Origin: Escherichia coli
GTDB lineage: Bacteria; Pseudomonadota; Gammaproteobacteria; Enterobacterales; Enterobacteriaceae
Assembly (NCBI RefSeq): GCF_003790525.1
Contig: NZ_CP033635.1
Strand: one strand, 5' to 3'
DNA length: 64,000 bases
The notes beneath the pieces are model-generated. The model was given only the letters and a program-made list of their open reading frames with translations, did no database searches and was not told the origin of the DNA. This document shows positions 1 through 11,261 of the stretch, one piece after another. The translations under genes were made by a program, and so were the position numbers. Each line of letters opens with the position of its first letter. The stretch's first letter is position 1.

Positions 1-363
1 CTGTTTATCCTGCAACCCGCCTGGCAGCGCATTGATTCACGGTTAATTTTGATTGCGCAAACACTGGGCTGGTCGCGGTCCAAAATCTTCTTTTACGTGA
101 AATGTCCGCTTATGCTACGCCCTACGCTGATTGCCTTCGCGGTGGGATTTTCAGTCAGTATTGCGCAGTTTATGCCGACGCTGTGGCTGGGCGCGGGGCG
201 TTTTCCGACGCTCACCACTGAGGCGGTGGCATTAAGCAGCGGCGGCAGCAACGGTATTCTTGCCGCCCAGGCTTTATGGCAACTGCTATTACCGCTTATT
301 ATTTTTGCCCTGACCGCGTTAGTCGCAAAATGGGTAGGTTATGTCAGACAAGGACTCCGCTAA
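1..363 (+). CDS. ynjC: ABC transporter permease, 3' portion (gene continues upstream of window)
   Basis: Frame open from base 1 with no upstream stop; hydrophobic C-terminus; TAA stop shares a base with the ATG of the next gene (coupled ABC operon). Confidence 0.8.
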   Translation: MFILQPAWQRIDSRLILIAQTLGWSRSKIFFYVKCPLMLRPTLIAFAVGFSVSIAQFMPTLWLGAGRFPTLTTEAVALSSGGSNGILAAQALWQLLLPLIIFALTALVAKWVGYVRQGLR

Positions 364-1016
364 TGCTCTGCGTGAAAGATGTTTCGCTACGTTTACCAGA
401 AAGCCGCTTGCTGACAAACGTTAACTTTACGGTGGATAAAGGTGACATTGTCACGTTAATGGGGCCGTCTGGCTGTGGAAAATCCACTCTGTTTTCATGG
501 ATGATTGGTGCGCTGGCCGGACAGTTTTCTTGTACAGGGGAGCTATGGCTTAATGAGCAACGGATTGACATGCTACCCACCGCACAGCGTCAGATTGGCA
601 TTCTTTTCCAGGATGCACTGTTATTTGATCAGTTCAGCGTCGGGCAAAATTTACTGCTGGCGCTACCGGCGACACTTAAGGGTAATGCCCGACGTAATGC
701 CGTGAATGATGCACTTGAGCGTTCAGGCCTTGACGGAGCTTTCCATCAGGATCCTGCCACTTTGTCTGGCGGTCAGCGAGCGCGCGTTGCTCTGCTACGC
801 GCCCTTCTCGCTCAGCCAAAAGCGTTGCTACTGGATGAGCCATTCAGCCGTCTTGATGTGGCCCTGCGCGATAATTTTCGCCATTGGGTGTTCAGCGAAG
901 TTCGCGCCCAGGCGATCCCCGTCGTTCAGGTAACGCACGATCTCCAGGATGTTCCTGCTGATAGTTCTGTTCTGGATATGGCGCAGTGGTCAGAAAATTA
1001 CAACAAACTGCGATAA
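363..1016 (+). CDS. ynjD: ABC transporter ATP-binding protein
   Basis: 217 aa from ATG at 363; Walker A GPSGCGKST and ABC signature LSGGQRARVAL in translation; ORF-track N-terminal extension lies inside ynjC and is rejected. Confidence 0.88.
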   Translation: MLCVKDVSLRLPESRLLTNVNFTVDKGDIVTLMGPSGCGKSTLFSWMIGALAGQFSCTGELWLNEQRIDMLPTAQRQIGILFQDALLFDQFSVGQNLLLALPATLKGNARRNAVNDALERSGLDGAFHQDPATLSGGQRARVALLRALLAQPKALLLDEPFSRLDVALRDNFRHWVFSEVRAQAIPVVQVTHDLQDVPADSSVLDMAQWSENYNKLR

Positions 1017-1082
1017 CGCAAAGTTTTTCTCAATGCGTCAGTTCAGAATGGCGCACTCAAAACTACAATGTCGGGATTTTCG

Positions 1083-2390
1083 ATGAAACGTGTTTCTCAA
1101 ATGACCGCGCTGGCAATGGCTTTAGGGCTGGCTTGCGCTTCTTCGTGGGCCGCTGAACTGGCGAAGCCTCTTACACTTGACCAGCTTCAACAACAAAATG
1201 GCAAAGCGATAGATACTCGCCCCAGCGCGTTTTATAACGGCTGGCCACAAACCTTAAATGGCCCTTCTGGTCATGAACCTGCCGCCTTAAACCTCTCTGC
1301 CAGCTGGCTCGACAAAATGAGCACCGAACAGCTCAACGCGTGGATCAAGCAACATAACCTGAAAGCCGATGCTCCGGTGGCGCTGTACGGTAATGACAAA
1401 GATGTCGACGCCGTCAAAACGCGACTGCAAAAAGCAGGTTTTACGCATATCTCCATTCTGAGTGACGCGCTAAGCGAACCTTCCCGTCTGCAAAAACTGC
1501 CGCATTTTGAGCAGCTGGTTTATCCGCAATGGCTGCACGACCTGCAACAAGGTAAAGAGGTTACGGCGAAACCTGCCGGTGACTGGAAAGTCATTGAAGC
1601 GGCCTGGGGCGCTCCTAAGCTTTACCTTATCAGCCATATTCCCGGCGCTGACTACATCGATACCAACGAAGTGGAAAGCGAACCGCTGTGGAACAAAGTT
1701 TCTGATGAACAACTGAAAGCGATGCTGGCAAAACACGGCATTCGCCATGACACCACGGTCATTCTGTACGGGCGTGACGTATACGCTGCAGCGCGTGTGG
1801 CACAAATTATGCTCTACGCTGGCGTGAAAGATGTCCGCCTGCTGGACGGCGGCTGGCAAACCTGGTCCGACGCGGGACTGCCCGTTGAGCGCGGAACGCC
1901 ACCGAAAGTGAAAACGGAACCGGATTTCGGCGTGAAGATCCCGGCACAACCGCAACTGATGCTTGATATGGAACAGGCGCGTGGACTGCTGCATCGCCAG
2001 GACGCCTCGCTGGTGAGTATTCGTTCGTGGCCGGAGTTTATCGGTACGACCAGTGGTTACAGCTATATTAAACCAAAAGGTGAAATAGCCGGAGCACGTT
2101 GGGGACACGCTGGTAGCGACTCGACGCATATGGAAGATTTCCATAACCCGGATGGCACCATGCGCAGCGCCGATGATATTACGGCTATGTGGAAAGCATG
2201 GAATATCAGACCAGATCAGCAAGTTTCATTCTACTGCGGCACCGGCTGGCGCGCGTCCGAAACCTTTATGTACGCACGAGCAATGGGCTGGAATAACGTC
2301 TCCGTTTACGACGGCGGCTGGTACGAATGGAGCAGCGATCCAAAAAATCCGGTAGCAACCGGTGAACGCGGCCCGGACAGCAGCAAATAA
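1083..2390 (+). CDS. ynjE: periplasmic thiosulfate sulfurtransferase (tandem rhodanese domains)
   Basis: 435 aa from second in-frame ATG; signal peptide MKRVSQMTALAMALGLACASSWA; rhodanese Cys loop CGTGWRAS. Confidence 0.88.
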   Translation: MKRVSQMTALAMALGLACASSWAAELAKPLTLDQLQQQNGKAIDTRPSAFYNGWPQTLNGPSGHEPAALNLSASWLDKMSTEQLNAWIKQHNLKADAPVALYGNDKDVDAVKTRLQKAGFTHISILSDALSEPSRLQKLPHFEQLVYPQWLHDLQQGKEVTAKPAGDWKVIEAAWGAPKLYLISHIPGADYIDTNEVESEPLWNKVSDEQLKAMLAKHGIRHDTTVILYGRDVYAAARVAQIMLYAGVKDVRLLDGGWQTWSDAGLPVERGTPPKVKTEPDFGVKIPAQPQLMLDMEQARGLLHRQDASLVSIRSWPEFIGTTSGYSYIKPKGEIAGARWGHAGSDSTHMEDFHNPDGTMRSADDITAMWKAWNIRPDQQVSFYCGTGWRASETFMYARAMGWNNVSVYDGGWYEWSSDPKNPVATGERGPDSSK

Positions 2391-2398
2391 CATTGCAA

Positions 2399-3019
2399 TT
2401 ACTGACGCTGGAGCGACTTCAGCGTCAGATACCCACTCCACACCCGCGTAAAGGTCGTCATCCAGCACAACGCACCAAATACCCACGCAAACCACGGAAA
2501 ACAGGCCGGAAAGAGGCAACTCAGAACAAACAGCAAAATCGTCTCGCTGCCTTCGGTTAACCCGCCCAGATAATAAAACGATTTATGCGCATAACCAGGA
2601 TTATCAATCTGATGTTTCGCCGCCAGCGCAGCAAAAGCGAGAAAACTGCTGCCCGTGCCGATAAACGCAAACAGCAGCCAGCCGCCTGCCAGCGCATTTT
2701 GCTCCGGTGCAGCAAGAATAAAACCAAACGGCACCAGCGCGTAAAAGAGAAAATCGAGAGAAATATCGAGAAAGCCGCCCGCGTCGGTAAGCCCTCTGCG
2801 CCGCGCCAGCGCACCGTCCAGACCATCAAGCAGCCTGTTCAACAAAATGGCGACTAGCGCCGCCAGATACCAGCCCAGCGCCAGAAAAGGCAGTGCCAGC
2901 ACGCCGATGGCAAATCCCACTAATGTTAAACCATCTGGCGTAATGCCCGGTTTATCAAGAACCCGCACGCACTGATGCAACAACGGTTTAATCCGGGGAT
3001 GAAGATGGCGGTCTAGCAC
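2399..3019 (-). CDS. ynjF: CDP-alcohol phosphatidyltransferase family inner membrane protein
   Basis: Hydrophobic ORF; second in-frame GTG has AAGGAG 5 nt upstream, giving 206 aa; ORF track starts 2 codons earlier. Confidence 0.8.
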   Translation of the reverse strand: MLDRHLHPRIKPLLHQCVRVLDKPGITPDGLTLVGFAIGVLALPFLALGWYLAALVAILLNRLLDGLDGALARRRGLTDAGGFLDISLDFLFYALVPFGFILAAPEQNALAGGWLLFAFIGTGSSFLAFAALAAKHQIDNPGYAHKSFYYLGGLTEGSETILLFVLSCLFPACFPWFAWVFGALCWMTTFTRVWSGYLTLKSLQRQ

Positions 3020-3105
3020 AGGCACTCCTTAAATATAAAGCCTTTCTGATTGAGCAACAGTGCGGATATTATGGCATTTTTCGCTTATCTGCCCGTGTGT
3101 AATTT

Positions 3106-3513
3106 ATGAAAATGATTGAAGTTGTTGCCGCCATCATCGAACGTGATGGCAAAATTTTACTCGCGCAACGCCCCGCCCATAGCGATCAGGCGGGATTATG
3201 GGAGTTTGCCGGTGGTAAAGTCGAGCCGGATGAAAGCCAGCGGCAGGCGCTGGTGCGTGAGTTACGCGAAGAACTGGGCATCGAAGCAGCTGTGGGTGAA
3301 TATGTTGCCAGCCATCAGCGAGAAGTTTCGGGGCGGATTATCCATCTTCATGCCTGGCACGTACCCGACTTCCACGGGACGTTACAGGCACATGAACATC
3401 AGGCGCTGGTCTGGTGCTCACCTGAAGAGGCGCTGCAATATCCGCTGGCCCCTGCTGACATTCCACTATTAGAGGCGTTTATGGCTTTACGCGCCGCCAG
3501 ACCAGCGGATTAG
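3106..3513 (+). CDS. nudG: Nudix hydrolase (CTP/dCTP pyrophosphohydrolase)
   Basis: 135 aa; Nudix box GGKVEPDESQRQALVRELREELGIE. Confidence 0.9.
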   Translation: MKMIEVVAAIIERDGKILLAQRPAHSDQAGLWEFAGGKVEPDESQRQALVRELREELGIEAAVGEYVASHQREVSGRIIHLHAWHVPDFHGTLQAHEHQALVWCSPEEALQYPLAPADIPLLEAFMALRAARPAD

Positions 3514-3751
3514 TGCTAAGGGTTTTGTCATCACGCTGGCATTGCAGCAGTATTCCTTCGGCTTTAATTACCGCCCCTTCAGAATAATTTTGATCCTGAT
3601 AAACGCAGCACTGAGTACAGGGCTGCGCTGACTGCCCGCCTGAACTGAACACTTCTGGCGGTACGTTTACCTCCACGTCCGGATGATAATGCGGGTTAGC
3701 CAGTGCAATTAATGGAAATGCTAATACTACGGCGAACAATGCTCGACTCAC
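3479..3751 (-). CDS. ynjH: DUF1496 secreted protein
   Basis: 90 aa ORF with N-terminal signal peptide; 3' end overlaps nudG 3' end by 35 bp on the opposite strand. Confidence 0.8.
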   Translation of the reverse strand: MSRALFAVVLAFPLIALANPHYHPDVEVNVPPEVFSSGGQSAQPCTQCCVYQDQNYSEGAVIKAEGILLQCQRDDKTLSTNPLVWRRVKP

Positions 3752-3986
3752 AGGGAACTCCTTAACGTTATTGTCTCTGCTACTGATAACGGTAGCCGGG
3801 TGGCAAAACTTTAGCGTCTGAGTTATCGCATTTGGTTATGAGATTACTCTCGTTATTAATTTGCTTTCCTGGGTCATTTTTTTCTTGCTTACCGTCACAT
3901 TCTTGATGGTATAGTCGAAAACTGCAAAAGCACATGACATAAACAACATAAGCACAATCGTATTAATATATAAGGGTTTTATATCT

Positions 3987-5330
3987 ATGGATCAGACATA
4001 TTCTCTGGAGTCATTCCTCAACCATGTCCAAAAGCGCGACCCGAATCAAACCGAGTTCGCGCAAGCCGTTCGTGAAGTAATGACCACACTCTGGCCTTTT
4101 CTTGAACAAAATCCAAAATATCGCCAGATGTCATTACTGGAGCGTCTGGTTGAACCGGAGCGCGTGATCCAGTTTCGCGTGGTATGGGTTGATGATCGCA
4201 ACCAGGTACAGGTCAACCGTGCATGGCGTGTGCAGTTCAGTTCTGCCATCGGCCCGTACAAAGGCGGTATGCGCTTCCATCCGTCAGTTAACCTTTCCAT
4301 TCTCAAATTCCTCGGCTTCGAACAAACCTTCAAAAATGCCCTGACTACTCTGCCGATGGGCGGTGGTAAAGGCGGCAGCGATTTCGATCCGAAAGGAAAA
4401 AGCGAAGGTGAAGTGATGCGTTTTTGCCAGGCGCTGATGACTGAACTGTATCGCCACCTGGGCGCGGATACCGACGTTCCGGCAGGTGATATCGGGGTTG
4501 GTGGTCGTGAAGTCGGCTTTATGGCGGGGATGATGAAAAAGCTCTCCAACAATACCGCCTGCGTCTTCACCGGTAAGGGCCTTTCATTTGGCGGCAGTCT
4601 TATTCGCCCGGAAGCTACCGGATACGGTCTGGTTTATTTCACAGAAGCAATGCTAAAACGCCACGGTATGGGTTTTGAAGGAATGCGCGTTTCCGTTTCT
4701 GGCTCCGGCAACGTCGCCCAGTACGCTATCGAAAAAGCGATGGAATTTGGTGCTCGTGTGATCACTGCGTCAGACTCCAGTGGCACTGTAGTTGATGAAA
4801 GCGGATTCACGAAAGAGAAACTGGCACGTCTTATCGAAATCAAAGCCAGCCGCGATGGTCGAGTGGCAGATTACGCCAAAGAATTTGGTCTGGTCTATCT
4901 CGAAGGCCAACAACCGTGGTCTGTACCGGTTGATATCGCCCTGCCTTGCGCCACCCAGAACGAACTGGATGTTGACGCCGCGCATCAGCTTATCGCCAAT
5001 GGCGTTAAAGCCGTCGCCGAAGGGGCAAATATGCCGACCACCATCGAAGCGACTGAACTGTTCCAACAGGCAGGCGTACTGTTTGCACCGGGTAAAGCGG
5101 CTAATGCTGGCGGTGTAGCAACATCGGGCCTGGAAATGGCGCAAAACGCTGCGCGCCTGGGCTGGAAAGCCGAGAAAGTTGACGCACGTTTGCATCACAT
5201 CATGCTGGATATCCACCATGCCTGTGTTGAGCATGGTGGTGAAGGTGAGCAAACCAACTACGTGCAGGGCGCGAACATTGCCGGTTTTGTGAAGGTTGCG
5301 GATGCGATGTTAAGCCAGGGCGTGATTTAA
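3987..5330 (+). CDS. gdhA: NADP-specific glutamate dehydrogenase
   Basis: 447 aa; GGGKGGSDFDPKGKS nucleotide/active-site motif; strong codon bias. Confidence 0.95.
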   Translation: MDQTYSLESFLNHVQKRDPNQTEFAQAVREVMTTLWPFLEQNPKYRQMSLLERLVEPERVIQFRVVWVDDRNQVQVNRAWRVQFSSAIGPYKGGMRFHPSVNLSILKFLGFEQTFKNALTTLPMGGGKGGSDFDPKGKSEGEVMRFCQALMTELYRHLGADTDVPAGDIGVGGREVGFMAGMMKKLSNNTACVFTGKGLSFGGSLIRPEATGYGLVYFTEAMLKRHGMGFEGMRVSVSGSGNVAQYAIEKAMEFGARVITASDSSGTVVDESGFTKEKLARLIEIKASRDGRVADYAKEFGLVYLEGQQPWSVPVDIALPCATQNELDVDAAHQLIANGVKAVAEGANMPTTIEATELFQQAGVLFAPGKAANAGGVATSGLEMAQNAARLGWKAEKVDARLHHIMLDIHHACVEHGGEGEQTNYVQGANIAGFVKVADAMLSQGVI

Positions 5331-5338
5331 GACAATTG

Positions 5339-5372
5339 TGCCGGATACAGCGCAAACGCCTTATCCGGCCAT
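5339..5372. repeat. REP-like palindromic unit (CCGGATA...GCCTTATCCGGCC)
   Basis: Imperfect palindrome of the enterobacterial REP type located 10 bp after the gdhA stop. Confidence 0.6.
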
Positions 5373-5406
5373 AAAAATCTTCAGTATCAGATGGTTGAAA
5401 GAACCT

Positions 5407-7362
5407 TTATATTATCACTCCATTGCCCGCCTCTTCTGATGACGGGCTTTTTTTCGGCGCTCTCTTGCGTGGCGAATCCTTTTTCTTCCCTTCTCCACCG
5501 CCGGGAGCCATTATTCCCCGAAACTGCCTTACCGACGTGCGCTTTGCCTGATCAATCAACTGGTACAATGTCCCCACCAGCGGCTGCATAAAGTCCTGAT
5601 AGCGACACTGCTTTTCACTGATTTGCGTCAGCACCGATTCCCAGTGCGCGGTCATGTCCGGTCGCGTCGCCATTTCTGGCAGCGAATGGAATAGCGCTTT
5701 TCCGGCGTCGGTGGAGTGGATATAGCGCCCTTTTTTGGTCAGGAAACCACGCTTGAACAACAGTTCAATAATCCCGGCACGGGTTGCTTCTGTCCCCAGA
5801 CCATCGGTCGCACGAAGGATCTTTTTCAGATCTTTGTCCTGCACAAAGCGTGCGATCCCGGTCATCGCCGAAAGCAGTGTTGCATCGGTAAAATGGCGCG
5901 GCGGCTGGGTTTGCCGCTCTACCACTTCACCTTTTTCGCACAACAATTCATCGCCTTTCGCCACCACAGGCAGCGGCATGCCGTCGTTTTCTTCATCGCG
6001 CTCTTTGCTGCCTAACAGCGTGCGCCAGCCTGCTTCAGCAAGAAAACGGGCTTTAGCGACAAATTTGCCTTTGGCAATGTCCAGTTCGATAACACACTTG
6101 CGGAACACCGCATCCGGGCAGAACTGCATCAAGTACTGACGGGCAATCAGGTTATAGACCTTCGCTTCGTTCTCCGTCAGGTTGATCGCAGAACTCCGTG
6201 CGGTCGGAATGATGGCGTGGTGCGCATCGACCTTTTTGTCATCCCAACAGCGGTTGCGTATATCTGGATCTACCACTGGCTGCGGCAACAGATCCGGTGC
6301 ATGAACGCTGATAGCATTCATCACCGCGTGGCGTCCGGCAAAATGTTCTTCTGGCAAATAGCGGCAATCGGAACGCGGATAAGTGATTAGCTTGTGCGTT
6401 TCGTACAGCTTCTGGCAGATATCAAGCACGTTCTGCGCGCTCAGACCAAAACGTTTAGCCGCTTCAATCTGCAACGCCGAAAGCGAAAAAGGAAGCGGCG
6501 CGGATTCTGATTCCCGTTTATCGTTATAGCTGGTGACAATAGCTGGTTGACCACTAATGCGGTTAACCACATGCTCCGCCAGTGGACGATGTAACAAGCG
6601 CCCTTCTTCATCCTGGTACGGTTCACACGCTTCGCTCGGTTGCCAGATAGCGGTAAACCGCTCATCGGCAGGTGTCACGATATGTGCTTTGACTTCAAAG
6701 AAATCTTTCGCCACGAAGTTTTCAATCTCTTCGTCGCGGCGCACCACCAGTCCGAGTACGGGCGTCTGCACGCGTCCCACGGAAAGTACGCCCTGATAAC
6801 CGGCATTGCGACCGAGAATGGTGTAAGCGCGGGTCATATTGATGCCGTACAGCCAGTCAGCTCGGGCTCGCGCCAGTGCAGAAACGCACAGCGGTACAAA
6901 CTCGCTATTGGAGCGAAGACGATCGATCGCCCGCTCAACCGCCTGCGGGTTCAGGTCGTTTATCAAACAACGCTGTACCTGCTGGCGCTTTTCCGGTGCC
7001 AGTTGCAGGTAGTCCAGCACTTCATCCACCAGCAGTTGCCCTTCGCGATCCGGGTCTCCGGCGTGAACGATTTCGCTGGCTTCATGCAGGAAGCGTTTGA
7101 TGACATTAAGTTGTTTAGTCACGGAGGGTCGGGGCTGTAATTGCCACTTTTCCGGGACAATTGGCAAATCCGCAAGATTCCAGCGCGCATAGCGGCTGTC
7201 GTAGGCGTCTGGCTGCGCCTGCTCAAGCAGGTGACCGATACACCAGGTCACCACCTGACCATTACCGCACTCGATAAAGCCATCGCCTTTCCGGTGCGGT
7301 TTAGGCAGGACATCAGCAATGGCGCGCGCCAGACTCGGTTTTTCGGCAATAAACAACCGCAT
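5407..7362 (-). CDS. topB: DNA topoisomerase III
   Basis: Starts [19 protein letters not shown] (Toprim N-terminus); 651 aa from this ATG; ORF-track 19-codon extension would run into selD. Confidence 0.9.
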   Translation of the reverse strand: MRLFIAEKPSLARAIADVLPKPHRKGDGFIECGNGQVVTWCIGHLLEQAQPDAYDSRYARWNLADLPIVPEKWQLQPRPSVTKQLNVIKRFLHEASEIVHAGDPDREGQLLVDEVLDYLQLAPEKRQQVQRCLINDLNPQAVERAIDRLRSNSEFVPLCVSALARARADWLYGINMTRAYTILGRNAGYQGVLSVGRVQTPVLGLVVRRDEEIENFVAKDFFEVKAHIVTPADERFTAIWQPSEACEPYQDEEGRLLHRPLAEHVVNRISGQPAIVTSYNDKRESESAPLPFSLSALQIEAAKRFGLSAQNVLDICQKLYETHKLITYPRSDCRYLPEEHFAGRHAVMNAISVHAPDLLPQPVVDPDIRNRCWDDKKVDAHHAIIPTARSSAINLTENEAKVYNLIARQYLMQFCPDAVFRKCVIELDIAKGKFVAKARFLAEAGWRTLLGSKERDEENDGMPLPVVAKGDELLCEKGEVVERQTQPPRHFTDATLLSAMTGIARFVQDKDLKKILRATDGLGTEATRAGIIELLFKRGFLTKKGRYIHSTDAGKALFHSLPEMATRPDMTAHWESVLTQISEKQCRYQDFMQPLVGTLYQLIDQAKRTSVRQFRGIMAPGGGEGKKKDSPRKRAPKKSPSSEEAGNGVII

Positions 7363-7366
7363 TGAA

Positions 7367-8410
7367 TTAACGGATCTCAACCATGGCACGACCGCCGCGC
7401 GCTGGCACCAGTTCGCCAATCGCCGTCAGTTCAATGCCAAACTCGGCGGCTGTAGCTTTGACCTCATTTTCTGCTTCCGGAATGACCGCCAGCAGCAAAC
7501 CGCCAGAAGTTTGCGGATCGCACAGCAGATCGCGCACTTCACGCGGCATTTCACCCATCAGATGACCGTAGCTGGCAAAGTTACGTTCGGTGCCGCCAGG
7601 CACTGCGCCCAACTTAATGTACTCTTCAACCCCAGGCAATTTCGGGATCGCGTCATAGTCGACGCGCGCCTGCACACCTGCGCCCTGACACATTTCGCTT
7701 AAATGCCCCAGCAAACCAAAACCCGTAACGTCTGTCATCGCTTTTACGCCTTCGATGTTGGCAAAGGACGCGCCTGCGATGTTCATCCGGCACATCACTT
7801 CCGTCGCCAATCCCTGATGTTCTGGTTTAAGCAGTGATTTTTTCTCAGCCGTGGTAAGAACGCCAATCCCCAGCGGTTTCGTCAGGAACAGTTTGCATCC
7901 GGCTTGTGCGGTACTGTTTTTCTTCACCCGCTCGGTCGGTACGATCCCCGTTACCGCCAGACCAAAAATCGGCTCCGGCGCATCGATGGAGTGACCGCCA
8001 GCCAGCGCAATACCCGCCTGACGGCATGCATAGCGTCCACCTTCGGTCACTTCGCGGGCAATTTCCGGGGAAAGTTTGTTAATCGGCCAGCCGAGGATCG
8101 CAATCGCCATAATCGGTTTGCCGCCCATTGCGAAGATATCGCTGATGGCGTTAGTCGCCGCAATGCGGCCAAAATCGAAAGGATTATCAACGATCGGCAT
8201 AAAGAAGTCGGTGGTACTGATAACGCTGGTGCCATTGCCCAGATCGTACACCGCCGCATCGTCGCGGGTTTCATTACCCACAAGCAAATTCGGATCAACA
8301 AACTTCGCCTGCTCACTGTGCAGGATGGTTTCCAACACTTTTGGGGAAATTTTACAGCCGCAACCAGCGCCGTGGCTGTATTGGGTCAAACGAATCGAGT
8401 TCTCGCTCAT
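7367..8410 (-). CDS. selD: selenide, water dikinase (selenophosphate synthetase)
   Basis: 347 aa starting [23 protein letters not shown]; stop lies 4 nt upstream of topB start (co-transcription likely). Confidence 0.92.
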   Translation of the reverse strand: MSENSIRLTQYSHGAGCGCKISPKVLETILHSEQAKFVDPNLLVGNETRDDAAVYDLGNGTSVISTTDFFMPIVDNPFDFGRIAATNAISDIFAMGGKPIMAIAILGWPINKLSPEIAREVTEGGRYACRQAGIALAGGHSIDAPEPIFGLAVTGIVPTERVKKNSTAQAGCKLFLTKPLGIGVLTTAEKKSLLKPEHQGLATEVMCRMNIAGASFANIEGVKAMTDVTGFGLLGHLSEMCQGAGVQARVDYDAIPKLPGVEEYIKLGAVPGGTERNFASYGHLMGEMPREVRDLLCDPQTSGGLLLAVIPEAENEVKATAAEFGIELTAIGELVPARGGRAMVEIR

Positions 8411-8526
8411 GGACATCTCCTGTCAATGCAATCCGGGTATGGTAACCCTCATTCCATGAAGTGATAAGTGAGAGTGTCTGAATTCCTGCGCCTTTGCTCA
8501 CAATCCAGACAGTTTCGCGACAATTA

Positions 8527-9078
8527 TCAGAAATAAGTCACAAACGGCGTCGGGTCCGGGACGTTTATCGACGTAGATGCTTTCAACTGCGGCGTACCGA
8601 GGTAGAGAAAACCGACAATTTTATCCTGCTCACGGCAACCGAATGCTTCACGCACTACCGGACTTTCAGTTAATGCACCACTGCGCCAGATGCCGCCAAA
8701 CCCCTGGGCAACTGCTGCCATTTGCATCGCCATGACCGCGCATCCCGCAGACATTTCCTGTTCCCAGCGCGGGACTTTATGATTCTCTTCGCATTTTGCC
8801 ACCACCGTTATGATGAGCGGTGCGCGGAACGGCGCATTACGCGCTTTGTCGATGGCTTTGTTATCACTACCGGCAGCAATCGCCCCCTGCTCCAGTACGG
8901 CGCTGAAACGCTCGCGCCCTTCCCCTTCAATCACAAAGAAATGCCACGGTTGCATGGACTTATGGTCCGGCGCACGCATACCCGCACGCAGGATGTTTTG
9001 CAGTTGTTCACCCGTTGGCGCGGGTTCAGCCAGGCGGGAGGCGCTACGGCGATTGATCAATAGTTCGAGTGCATCCAT
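8527..9078 (-). CDS. ydjA: NAD(P)H nitroreductase family protein
   Basis: 183 aa from [14 protein letters not shown]; nitroreductase-like composition. Confidence 0.85.
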   Translation of the reverse strand: MDALELLINRRSASRLAEPAPTGEQLQNILRAGMRAPDHKSMQPWHFFVIEGEGRERFSAVLEQGAIAAGSDNKAIDKARNAPFRAPLIITVVAKCEENHKVPRWEQEMSAGCAVMAMQMAAVAQGFGGIWRSGALTESPVVREAFGCREQDKIVGFLYLGTPQLKASTSINVPDPTPFVTYF

Positions 9079-9238
9079 TTGATTAACTCCTGTCATGATA
9101 TTTATTCACAAAATTAACACGAGAGTGGATTTTGTTACAGCCCAGTCCGCAATTCCTGCTGACAAGTGCCGGTTGGGTCATTACGATAACCACATCTATT
9201 GCGCCTGAAAAAGGTGTGACCTTAAGTTGGGAGAATAC

Positions 9239-11095
9239 ATGCGAACCCTTTGGCGATTTATTGCCGGATTTTTTAAATGGACGTGGCGTCTGCTGAATTT
9301 CGTCCGTGAAATGGTACTTAACCTGTTCTTTATTTTTCTCGTGCTGGTTGGTGTGGGGATCTGGATGCAGGTCAGTGGTGGTGATTCGAAAGAAACGGCC
9401 AGTCGTGGCGCACTGCTGCTGGACATTTCTGGTGTGATCGTCGATAAACCCGACAGTTCTCAGCGGTTTAGTAAATTAAGCCGCCAGCTGCTTGGTGCCA
9501 GTTCCGATCGTCTGCAGGAAAACTCACTGTTTGATATCGTCAACACCATTCGCCAGGCGAAGGACGACCGCAATATCACCGGTATCGTGATGGATCTGAA
9601 AAACTTCGCAGGCGGCGACCAGCCGTCTATGCAGTACATCGGCAAAGCCCTGAAAGAGTTTCGTGACAGCGGGAAACCGGTTTATGCCGTTGGCGAGAAC
9701 TACAGCCAGGGGCAATATTATCTCGCCAGTTTCGCCAATAAAATTTGGCTGTCACCGCAAGGCGTGGTGGATCTGCACGGTTTTGCCACCAACGGTCTGT
9801 ACTACAAATCGTTACTGGATAAGCTGAAAGTTTCCACCCATGTGTTCCGCGTGGGTACGTATAAATCTGCCGTTGAACCGTTTATTCGTGATGATATGTC
9901 ACCGGCAGCCCGCGAAGCTGACAGCCGCTGGATTGGTGAGCTGTGGCAAAACTATCTGAATACTGTTGCCGCTAACCGGCAGATCCCTGCTCAGCAGGTA
10001 TTCCCTGGCGCGCAAGGGTTGCTTGAGGGTTTAACCAAAACCGGTGGCGATACCGCGAAATATGCGCTGGAAAACAAGCTGGTCGATGCACTGGCATCGA
10101 GTGCCGAAATCGAAAAAGCTCTGACCAAAGAGTTCGGCTGGAGTAAGACTGATAAAAATTATCGCGCCATCAGTTATTACGATTACGCATTGAAAACGCC
10201 GGCAGATACCGGTGACAGCATCGGAGTCGTCTTCGCTAATGGCGCAATTATGGATGGCGAGGAAACTCAGGGGAATGTTGGCGGTGATACCACTGCGGCA
10301 CAAATCCGCGACGCTCGCCTTGACCCGAAAGTGAAAGCGATTGTTCTGCGTGTTAATAGTCCCGGCGGCAGCGTTACTGCGTCTGAAGTGATTCGCGCTG
10401 AACTGGCAGCAGCCCGGGCAGCGGGTAAGCCTGTGGTTGTGTCGATGGGCGGTATGGCGGCATCTGGTGGTTACTGGATTTCCACACCAGCTAATTACAT
10501 TGTGGCTAACCCCAGCACCCTGACCGGTTCTATCGGTATCTTCGGCGTGATCACCACCGTAGAAAATAGTCTGGATTCGATTGGTGTTCATACTGATGGT
10601 GTCTCAACTTCACCGCTGGCGGATGTTTCTATCACCAGGGCACTGCCGCCGGAAGCACAGCAGATGATGCAGTTAAGCATTGAGAATGGCTATAAACGCT
10701 TTATCACGCTGGTTGCTGATGCGCGTCATTCAACGCCAGAGCAGATTGATAAAATCGCCCAGGGCCACGTCTGGACCGGCCAGGATGCAAAAGCTAACGG
10801 GCTGGTCGATAGTCTCGGGGATTTCGATGATGCGGTCGCCAAAGCAGCAGAGCTGGCAAAAGTGAAACAGTGGCATCTGGAATACTACGTTGATGAACCG
10901 ACCTTCTTCGACAAAGTGATGGACAACATGTCTGGTTCTGTCCGGGCAATGTTGCCAGATGCGTTCCAGGCCATGTTACCTGCACCGCTGGCCTCGGTAG
11001 CCTCTACCGTTAAAAGTGAAAACGACAAGCTGGCCGCGTTTAACGACCCACAAAACCGTTATGCGTTTTGCCTGACCTGCGCCAACGTGCGTTAA
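9239..11095 (+). CDS. sppA: signal peptide peptidase A (protease IV)
   Basis: 618 aa from [14 protein letters not shown]; N-terminal membrane anchor, duplicated peptidase S49 domains. Confidence 0.92.
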   Translation: MRTLWRFIAGFFKWTWRLLNFVREMVLNLFFIFLVLVGVGIWMQVSGGDSKETASRGALLLDISGVIVDKPDSSQRFSKLSRQLLGASSDRLQENSLFDIVNTIRQAKDDRNITGIVMDLKNFAGGDQPSMQYIGKALKEFRDSGKPVYAVGENYSQGQYYLASFANKIWLSPQGVVDLHGFATNGLYYKSLLDKLKVSTHVFRVGTYKSAVEPFIRDDMSPAAREADSRWIGELWQNYLNTVAANRQIPAQQVFPGAQGLLEGLTKTGGDTAKYALENKLVDALASSAEIEKALTKEFGWSKTDKNYRAISYYDYALKTPADTGDSIGVVFANGAIMDGEETQGNVGGDTTAAQIRDARLDPKVKAIVLRVNSPGGSVTASEVIRAELAAARAAGKPVVVSMGGMAASGGYWISTPANYIVANPSTLTGSIGIFGVITTVENSLDSIGVHTDGVSTSPLADVSITRALPPEAQQMMQLSIENGYKRFITLVADARHSTPEQIDKIAQGHVWTGQDAKANGLVDSLGDFDDAVAKAAELAKVKQWHLEYYVDEPTFFDKVMDNMSGSVRAMLPDAFQAMLPAPLASVASTVKSENDKLAAFNDPQNRYAFCLTCANVR

Positions 11096-11107
11096 GTCAT
11101 GTACTAA

Positions 11108-11140
11108 GTGGCCGACAGATCGTCGGCCACATTACTTTTT
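11108..11140 (+). terminator. rho-independent terminator after sppA
   Basis: 9-bp stem GTGGCCGAC / GTCGGCCAC with 5-nt loop followed by a T-rich run. Confidence 0.7.
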
Positions 11141-11261
11141 ACGTCGACGAATCCTCTTCCCGCTGTCTCGCCCCATATTTCCTTATCCGCATAGTATCAG
11201 GTGCGCTCCCCCTGCCTCACGTATATACTTTTGCTCTTTCGATATCATTCATATCAATATC

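Noticed and set aside
1470-2222. Long antisense ORFs inside ynjE (250 aa), and similar ones inside sdaA (57707-58459), dmlA (42899-43408), gdhA (4770-5252), fadD, yoaA and yoaE
   Set aside because: All lie fully within confidently assigned genes on the opposite strand, lack Shine-Dalgarno context and have atypical composition; treated as frame shadows.
5407-7419. ORF-track N-terminal extensions (670-aa topB, 556-aa yeaJ, 384-aa yeaP, 583-aa fadD and others)
   Set aside because: The track starts each ORF at the first possible start codon after a stop; the extensions overlap upstream genes or lack ribosome-binding sites, whereas internal starts have good Shine-Dalgarno motifs and match the remembered protein N-termini.
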